Shown piece after piece: positions 50,401-54,988 of a DNA stretch of 54,988 bases; the first letter of the stretch is position 1; every line of letters starts with the position of its first letter. The position numbers and the translations under genes are program-made. The notes under the pieces are model-generated. The model was not told the origin of the DNA. It saw only the letters and a list, made by a program, of their open reading frames with translations, and searched no databases. Source of the stretch: a virus (lineage: Duplodnaviria > Caudoviricetes); IMG/VR virus record IMGVR_UViG_3300012940_000004, positions 1-54,988 of that record; one strand, written 5' to 3'.

Positions 50401-53400
50401 TGATCCGTCAGGATCGCGAGCTGAGGTACATTGTCACCGTTCAAGTGACGGTTCACGAATGAGAGGAACTGGCGAATACTCGTACTCGTCGCCAGTTGAT
50501 CACGGAAGCGGGCCTGACTCGCGCCCGTCGTGTCAGTCACACCGAGCAACTGATAGAGCGCGATCAGTCGGTTGTGTGAGACACCGTTGCCTTCACGGTT
50601 CGCTTCGAGATCCATCTGCGCCAGGAGCATACCGCGCCACAGCTTGAAGGCAGCGAGATCGCTGTTCTCCTCCACGAGGAACTCGTAGAACCACAGCGGC
50701 ACGTGCAGTCGGCCAGTGTCCAGCCCAGTGAAGACACGCGAGCCGATCTCGGGCGGGATGACCAGTGCGATCTGTCGTGCGAGCGCGGGATCGAGATCGA
50801 GCAGCTCCTGTACCTGTGCAGGCGTCAGGTTCTGGTTACTCCCGCGACGCAACTCGGGACGGCGCTGTCCCATGACTTCGCTCGCTCGCAGCAGGAGTGC
50901 TCGAACCTCCCGCGCGCTCGCCTGCAGGTCGTCGATCGCCTGTGCATCGTTTCGACCCGCCTCAGTGTTCTTCGACGCGAGGCCGGTCTTCTCATCGAGT
51001 GTCACGAAGAGGTTCGCACGCGTCTCAATGACATCCATGAAGAAGCGGAAGGCAGTAACTTCGCCGACAGTGTCAAGGGAAGCAGGCAGTTCAGTACTGG
51101 CCGAGTCGCCGTATGCTGCTTCTCGCTTTGCACGATCGATCACCTGCTTGCGAGCGACGCGACCCTTGCGGACCTGACTCTGAATCGCACTGTCCAGTGT
51201 TTCGGCAGTCCAACCCATTCTACCAGCGAGCGTCTCGCCGACGAGGTCTTCCATGAGCATCGGTCCGAAGAGTTCCTTCGCGGCCTGCTTCATGTCGAGG
51301 TTCAGGAGACGTGCGTACGTCTTTCGAAGCTCGCCATCGTTCTCAGAGAGTACCTCGGCGTCACGACCACGGAAGATCGAGGTTGCGTGTCGCAGGACGA
51401 GCTGTGCGACACTCGTCATCGGCTCACTGTCGTAGAATACCAGTGCGTCGATGTTGTCGGTGACGTTCGGTACCTGGACACGGGCCAGGTCTGCCAGGCT
51501 CAGCTCCGGCTGTCCAGCAGCAGCACGCTCGGTATTCCACTTCGAGCGGATCCGCTGCAGGTTCTCCCGTGCCAGGTTGAGAACCTCCTCGCTCCGAGTC
51601 GCCAACTCCGCTTGCGTTCGCGTCGTACCTGTTGAGAGGACGCGGTACAGCTCCTGCATCCAGCGCGTCACATCATTCGTCGTCGCGGCATCCAGAGTCT
51701 GGCTCGTCAGTGCCGAATACGCGAACTTCTGCTTGACACGGAGGTCGTCGTTACCAGTCGTAGCGAGCTCTGCACTCTGGAAGAGCGTCGCTGCAGGTGC
51801 CGCTCGGAGCTGTGATGCAGGCGACGCCGGAATCTCAGTGACGGTAGTCGGGGTAGCCGTCGGCGGTGCAACCGCTCCGGCCTCGAGCGCGATCGCGTTT
51901 CCCGCTCGGAAGATCGCCCGAGTCCAGATCTCGTTCAGGCGGAATGGAATGCGCTGACCGGAGTTGAGAGCAGCCTGCTCGACAAGCTGGGTCGTCGCGA
52001 GCCACTTCCAGAAGTGCTGCTTTGCAGCCGGGTCGTGACCCTCCAGGAGCGGAACGAGCAAGTTGTCAATGACACCCTGTCGGAGTACTGCAACACTGGT
52101 CTCGTTTGCCTGAGCGAGCAGCCCGACGATTTCCGTGACGGCATCGTTGAGGATCCGCAAGATGCCATCGTACTGCTCGCCATCCTTCGGGTACTTGATG
52201 ATGGTACGCGCGTGTGCCAACTCACCGGCATAGCTGTCGATGAGGATGCCTTCCTCGGACAGGATGTTCAGTCCGAGGCGAAGGCGTGCTCGGGCCTCAC
52301 CGCTCTCGTCGTTCGTCATGAAGCTTCGGAGCGCCGCACCGTCGCCGTCGAAGTCAGCGCTCGGCCCCTTGAGGACAGCGTGATTGACGTACCAGCCACG
52401 GTTCGGCGACCCCGGCTCCTGGTGAGCGGTCAGCACCGCATCGATCATCGGACGCAGCAGCATCCACGAGCCGGGGCTGTCAGTGGGCGACCGGTTCAGG
52501 ATGACCTCTACGGCCTCCCGCGCCTCCTCGTCCGACCACGTTCGAGGTTGCCCAGGAACGGCGTGGATGCCGTTACCGTTGAAGGCCTCCTCGAACAGGA
52601 TGTTGACGGCCTCGATGCTGTTCGTGCCTGCCGGAATCTCGCGGTTGCCATCCAGCGGGATCGGGGCATCGATCGTGTCGGTCGTTGCCAACTGCGGATT
52701 GGCGAGGACGCGCTGCAGCAGGACGCGAGAGAACGCCAGCAGGCTGTTGAGGGCAGCGGCCGCGTTAGTGCGACCCGTCTCCTCCAGGACGCGAGCCTGC
52801 GTACCCAGTGCCTCGAGCGCGCCCTGGAGCTCCATCTGGACGACGTCTGAGGGAACCTCCGGGTTGCCGATCGGGTGCAGCTTCCACGTCCGCTCGCCTG
52901 CAGGCAGTCCATTGTTTCGAGCGGTCTCGAGCGCCTTCAGTGCATCATCGATCGCGACCTGGCGGAACGCGTACGAATTGAACTCGGTCTCAACCTGGTC
53001 GTCTGCCAGATCCTGGATTCGCTGTCGAGCAACCGCGAGCAGCGAGGCGTTGGTCGTCTTCTTGCGCTCCCGGTCAACTGGCGACATGGCACGCCACTCG
53101 GCCTCGGTGATCTGTGGCGTGAACAGCATTGCGTTGACCGCATTGACTTCATCCAGTCCTTGCATCACGGGGTCGCGCCCGACGCGGGCACCGGCAGCCA
53201 TACCTGCACCGACCGCGAATCCTGCCAGGGCAGATCGAACCAGCTCATCGAAGCTCGGTTGATACCCCTCAGACCAGTTCTCCAGGATGCTCTGGACGAC
53301 TTCCTCTGTGCCTTCCGCGAAGCCCGTGAGCAGCGCAGACCGTGCCGTCGAGAGCTCGCGCATCTGCAGGCTCGCCGCATACAGGTCTTCGGCACTGACC

Positions 53401-54947
53401 GCCTGGCCGCGCGTTCCCGACAGCAGGGCCTTGGCACGGGCACTCAGCCAGCCGACGGCCTCACTCGGTGCCAGCAGCGTCACGTTCGGAACGCGCGCGA
53501 CCGAGACTGCCTTACCGTCAACCATGTTGAAGGTACGCCCACCGATCGTCTTCGTGACGTCGGTCTCGATGCCGAGGAGCTTCGCTGCCGTGATTGCATT
53601 CTTGTTACCACCATTGGCAGCGTCGACGATACGCTTCTCGAGCCCGAAGGCGGCATCGGTCGTACCACCAGCGCGCCGCCCAAGTCGGTCTGCCGTGCGC
53701 AGCACCTGCGTCGGCGTGAACGTCTGAACGATGTCGATGCCGGTTGCGCCGATCGCCGATGCCAGCCGCCCCACGTTCTCGACGGGGTCGTCTGCATCCA
53801 TGATCGGATTGAATTCGCGCATCCGGTCATCCCACTGCAGCCCCGTCGCCAATTGAGTGACAGAGCCTGCAGCCTGTGCGCCCATCGTTGCTTGGTAGAT
53901 GATGGCACCCGGCTTGCCAGCAAACTGTGCGAAGGCGTCAGCGAAGCCCAGTCCGAAGCGCAGTGCCTCCAGGCCGAAGTTGTCACGACCCCACTCCTCC
54001 TCGCGGGCACCGACCGAGTTCCCGACGTCCTGATTGGCAGCCTCGACGAGACCGACACCGACGTTGGTGAGCGGCTGTGCCAGGCTCCCGACCGCTGCCG
54101 CGTATCCTTGTACAGCAGTACCCGCGCTCAGGACAGGATTGTTGAGGTCATTGGCTCGGTTCAGCTTGACTTGAGCCTCAGCGAACTGGTCGATGAGCTC
54201 GTCCTGGTTCAGTAGGGCACCGCCCGCTCCGAGCAGGAAGCCGATGCCGCCACCGATCAGGGCACCAGGAGCAGCGCCCGCGCCAGCACCGAGTGCACCG
54301 ATTGCTGCACCAGTACCCGCACCGGTCGCGGCACCGAGACCGCCACCACCGAGCGCGATCGCGATCGGAGCCGCTGCGCCCCAGTCCGCTTCGAGTTGTT
54401 CGCGCTCTTCAACGAACGCCTGCTGTTGCCGGTAAGCCTTTGCGCTCTCGGTCGTCTCATTCGCACGAGAGAGCAGCGCGTCTCGAATCTTCGCCTGGTC
54501 GCCATTGGCGTCTTGGAAGAGATGAAGCTGTTCCTTAGCGTCGAGCTGCAGCTGTGCCAGGATCGCGTTACCCTCAGCCTCGCCATAGTCGTAAACGTTC
54601 TCGATACGCTTGCCGTCTTCCCAGACGTCACCGAACTTGAGCTTACGCTTGGTCCCGTCTTCGAGCGTGACTTCGTCGTCGTAAGTGACCACACCGGTGA
54701 AGTCACTTCGCTCGAACGGATTCATGCCCGCGCGATCGGCCTCGTCGCGCTGCTCGAACATCCGCTTGTAGAACGGTGTATCCCAGCCGTTCCGAATGCT
54801 GCCTTGCTGACCGCCCGTGACAGACCGGTCGGGGCCTGGCTGATCTGCCCACTTGACGTCGGCTGCGCCACTCGGCGCTGCAACCCAGGAGGGTTTCTGA
54901 GGGCCACTCCCAGGTTCGGGAGTGGCCCACGAAGGCGAGTCAACCAA
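41394..54947 (-). CDS. Giant virion-associated polyprotein (4,517 aa) with putative two-barrel RNA polymerase active site
   Basis: Uninterrupted 13.55-kb ORF; LNRSPT (R819) and ADFDGD (D865-D869); glycine-zipper and EGTEE..Q segments near the N-terminus. Confidence 0.85.
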   Translation of the reverse strand: MVDSPSWATPEPGSGPQKPSWVAAPSGAADVKWADQPGPDRSVTGGQQGSIRNGWDTPFYKRMFEQRDEADRAGMNPFERSDFTGVVTYDDEVTLEDGTKRKLKFGDVWEDGKRIENVYDYGEAEGNAILAQLQLDAKEQLHLFQDANGDQAKIRDALLSRANETTESAKAYRQQQAFVEEREQLEADWGAAAPIAIALGGGGLGAATGAGTGAAIGALGAGAGAAPGALIGGGIGFLLGAGGALLNQDELIDQFAEAQVKLNRANDLNNPVLSAGTAVQGYAAAVGSLAQPLTNVGVGLVEAANQDVGNSVGAREEEWGRDNFGLEALRFGLGFADAFAQFAGKPGAIIYQATMGAQAAGSVTQLATGLQWDDRMREFNPIMDADDPVENVGRLASAIGATGIDIVQTFTPTQVLRTADRLGRRAGGTTDAAFGLEKRIVDAANGGNKNAITAAKLLGIETDVTKTIGGRTFNMVDGKAVSVARVPNVTLLAPSEAVGWLSARAKALLSGTRGQAVSAEDLYAASLQMRELSTARSALLTGFAEGTEEVVQSILENWSEGYQPSFDELVRSALAGFAVGAGMAAGARVGRDPVMQGLDEVNAVNAMLFTPQITEAEWRAMSPVDRERKKTTNASLLAVARQRIQDLADDQVETEFNSYAFRQVAIDDALKALETARNNGLPAGERTWKLHPIGNPEVPSDVVQMELQGALEALGTQARVLEETGRTNAAAALNSLLAFSRVLLQRVLANPQLATTDTIDAPIPLDGNREIPAGTNSIEAVNILFEEAFNGNGIHAVPGQPRTWSDEEAREAVEVILNRSPTDSPGSWMLLRPMIDAVLTAHQEPGSPNRGWYVNHAVLKGPSADFDGDGAALRSFMTNDESGEARARLRLGLNILSEEGILIDSYAGELAHARTIIKYPKDGEQYDGILRILNDAVTEIVGLLAQANETSVAVLRQGVIDNLLVPLLEGHDPAAKQHFWKWLATTQLVEQAALNSGQRIPFRLNEIWTRAIFRAGNAIALEAGAVAPPTATPTTVTEIPASPASQLRAAPAATLFQSAELATTGNDDLRVKQKFAYSALTSQTLDAATTNDVTRWMQELYRVLSTGTTRTQAELATRSEEVLNLARENLQRIRSKWNTERAAAGQPELSLADLARVQVPNVTDNIDALVFYDSEPMTSVAQLVLRHATSIFRGRDAEVLSENDGELRKTYARLLNLDMKQAAKELFGPMLMEDLVGETLAGRMGWTAETLDSAIQSQVRKGRVARKQVIDRAKREAAYGDSASTELPASLDTVGEVTAFRFFMDVIETRANLFVTLDEKTGLASKNTEAGRNDAQAIDDLQASAREVRALLLRASEVMGQRRPELRRGSNQNLTPAQVQELLDLDPALARQIALVIPPEIGSRVFTGLDTGRLHVPLWFYEFLVEENSDLAAFKLWRGMLLAQMDLEANREGNGVSHNRLIALYQLLGVTDTTGASQARFRDQLATSTSIRQFLSFVNRHLNGDNVPQLAILTDQVAFDASFSQGGWRPAGSQSELRENIRAMREQIARSAELLDATLANEAKSEEFATKLLNGDAEARLLTQRAIDRARKLPTGAGPRTMINSLLSMAIGFVGSEADKAGAAKGTEGIGQAVMLEQASWGTPLAQLMAAWTSISEKDAFARPDRLLDPMQFWLRDGTPVEWPGLTVDLVTELYKDRAMRPMLMAALGPTAFDPSTEEGRSALQGLTDQSLHSIVADPADLRAILGSNSFSDLAKFVSLVNAKTDDDAALMLALKIFAARTSGATAPLNEADYRQWVDDAIESAGRILRALAQVPASRRADVRTLLKRLQPRPTLADPDDKSLTPMQRTVAGTIRNIINATFLDQLIGLSGPARVQKEEEQRRYRELLMGESAGQVLVAQYVIPDDPALVHDAKLRIWNEAKQRGYFWNFVQGPDADRARSFLATALGPTDPYPTSQNEEEDKKNWEALSRALIVYKLGAGTGQTTKSPEARATMAIDDPDFEMFLGDWSFLYSFASPANDDYHLWDAATELFTDLNDSIPPGAGVQNLVETIERELFKNEEYPLGPFSSTIIQQILNGKNRALQSSAPLAITMYGSNPENNITLATATRYTFASPDGQPTRTYTFNSGDLVSTDAKANPVPLTDADRERQRDFGGITDRLATLEGRFVKALQVLDPAGTPIDLFATAVKPTFLANAWPETRNSGYRVLSLGQLTTALKAAGYADLKLADLTISVEFFHPDDRPLGLEWANNIYFDGVAGVGGGQPGIGIIAADQQNAGQTQLGSRRALDALKKQKAALINPTLPSRTDVQVTENALNMAATIEYKTAQIMQTNQDATLISPRDRNRIRKQFLIQTVVRTVDLNDNVHVWSAEEIINWQKQNPGTLPDEGNLRDAQVLTIPFDFLATLLGEQGEAGIEFNMDSTQFSNRIQTWDNWTGTWDQELLRRHMPGLFQAEIPTPVEAIRNSLFAKGSFLRTSRPQRLASNRELRRYSAILDRWSQTQLEGGIQNRARIADQLREQVTRNYQTVLDAEYNSAQAPSLSTLALDQPEAAGLTSETRTHLQKALDAAQDLVEGSRALSISAPWTAWILELGGQRGPESGYMRSLDDMHWNAARLGQASGANPIPGDEVMIDPDQPLFRYTMVETLLNEGYRVRLYGPATSAARIVDVERELKDSGRFILRHGVWMLRDPRTSYQTALARESALLSVTRRSTRRMVGVFADVTLEGESAAFVRQPERLRGREVWIGKTLVHSAAIPGFQRPGTPKSVAAVNAYLDNFADPATSEAWLEHLAKLTVMSSGGSVNRVKEELRPFMERAVANTSRITGLPKTTAEDDTADVLKFGDFIFLVDNNNQVVIVRHGYRPFETEDNGNMLATQLAEPGPLGHRGGIAIYSNKVDDAPTFYEGRVASWDIASTGLVAQLRVPLSALSDKMIFTDDGIKIAANDLRNSGSDITDLQIAEDIPLSYIISYADHVSKEGEAIDNAATAITQLGFEPVEAYAKILLGTTQEEWDRAIAQRDTGRPEAFQDINSRVVDILDSYRNAWRSSTISPITAQANISALAGNYTQVPANIQALLTALPDQTREQLESQANVSVTPEYQVTLAALIYLGTPGAEVDRIMSTPGVRAANTIVSMPELFTNLFAEAPIGSPLNEWFFKRLNARLPFRETPDGPEGYYLRPDDFMMEIYTPGQPKREGLFSFKEAHSTGSDNGAIFGQAFETSSKQRASQTLRNMAILALYGMDAGHDPRLWSFEDYLAGSPNKLSTVEGLSAVFQGLNDRYVPPMTKAGLLTPAEVLHQQLGAYNVAAFSATFDMEGEERGWTDETRTEFNERVDRLFTRYGLRLDNRDVVHGWIRRWLWRPKERDAQPTQAEYGHVSFKAAMDALIAIETNLAAGRFPTWKADVPSMALDEVDMFIEAWQRSNGQGFIPDPMPWGQATGELARPKQFDPRTLDGPALREYFYEAALGEMLLSEFSSLNQNAVDGFMHTYQAAFDGGGTLPLSTDPLTRLQLLDPDFNNIVLSLDKNHRQFLKVLPLESEVDMRISDVFGGTLTQGRYARSYLGKDELVKAKARQKKWLADRRLADSYLSGQQINERGHVLRTNEATTNSLMRIFMNLRLANGMFHPWLFISAPMETGVRNTLENAVMLLEGRSSSALGLKLRTINDRIRAGKTGFSTVARTLSGNVEPSLSLDTLVHINDTVTSFAGNPTAISMIQSELYQDQPHMGGRFERWTERMVRAFGKMQDPSYGITQRAASQRVVGAVVKYFDAIGSENGRTLDDALTLLARNPQRFRAEHPIAYQTALNSLANARTIKATSFSLAARSFIDPLARHNSPFVNIPSNLFLKIPFAFQNYFFNVATNMLGLQALDGMLALALQGRTSGSSWGRVQAWLSGDSRSYDARTHGIDYLGATLESVNFADLFIRAGMTHTSLAALGMVLGGLAGGDDEDKKRRRREEMLGVGHVYDPRDFQNDWRNADAIYLDGIPGLEQMFRVVDPETGETHSPAELHWTLKQFISPIIGISNFANTGNFNHVFWGFEDAIGSMPLVSSMSWHDTEQTATMLFQKAMDAEEAAENGADETILAYATQFTLDAIARLERNLFENAFINSIYTAADKYDRDPWVLQDVDADGIIQRDNLDQPMETTALNEYLDSEGNAALGTAGRDDLFGQLRQYGERRATLAFFASLFTGFDSQNTLWRYNMAPREFSIDKQATSVEEATAFILSEWNGNNETLTIDGAEAFLKSIHAGYISDDSHVLDNIYLTFDQRLEVQRRLMTESYQDSFDLGLTTEEADKRWSDILWGSDDNPWATPLFDVIWSKNSHEGQIPYQENTTYRQLNTTWVIGPDGKPWATGISRGELYNFFGQAPLNAYSGSGAGDAIGNLGVDIRLNSVDEVGNVNTGQRSLEKVNATTANPTDEDILKAITQVGKDVADAIKGASYDRDGAGYYRYYGGGSGGSSDYANWTFMPFQNDMKNPYIDIVPAVYANEPNIRRSEVRRTRFSSERGRLNQWQ

Positions 54948-54988
54948 GGCTCGGCCCCTTCTCGTACTGTGTGCTTACTCGTGATCGA
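54866..54988. repeat. Exact terminal direct repeat (copy 2)
   Basis: Identical to 1-123. Confidence 0.95.

Noticed and set aside
41394-54947. Giant ORF as tape measure protein or assembly artefact
   Set aside because: No tape-measure periodicity, no tail tube or chaperone genes, uniform codon usage, and an enzyme-like motif present
1-54988. Prophage/lysogeny module
   Set aside because: No integrase, repressor or host flanking genes recognised

Overview
The window is an apparently complete, circular or circularly permuted lytic phage genome of 54,865 bp; bases 1-123 are repeated exactly at 54866-54988. Evidence for an actinobacterial host: high GC, a WhiB gene and an LAxTG sortase substrate. 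The size, the lack of a tape measure gene and the single ~4,500-aa gene match my recollection of Microbacterium podoviruses of clusters EK/EM (inference, not searched). There are two divergent arms. The + arm (1014-20473) holds small early genes, a cell-wall-anchored protein, DUF932, SSB, a Cas4-like nuclease, PolA, RuvC, WhiB, an SF2 helicase, an SF3 helicase and a prim-pol. The - arm (583 through the join down to 20370) holds the giant protein, portal, major capsid, tail and fibre genes, lysis cassette, internal virion proteins, putative scaffold and terminase. Top observation: the 4,517-aa protein carries both an LNRSPT and an ADFDGD motif, arranged like the catalytic beta'-type double-psi barrel of two-barrel RNA polymerases. 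It is fused to glycine-zipper/ejection-protein-like segments, suggesting an injected virion RNA polymerase. Candidate cis-sites for it lie in the repeat-rich early region. Other highlights: a phage-encoded sortase-anchored surface protein, an unannotated 24-aa CESCQ peptide, an iteron-like repeat block, and hairpin-based regulatory elements. No integrase, tRNA, rRNA or CRISPR array was seen. All function calls come from motifs read by eye.
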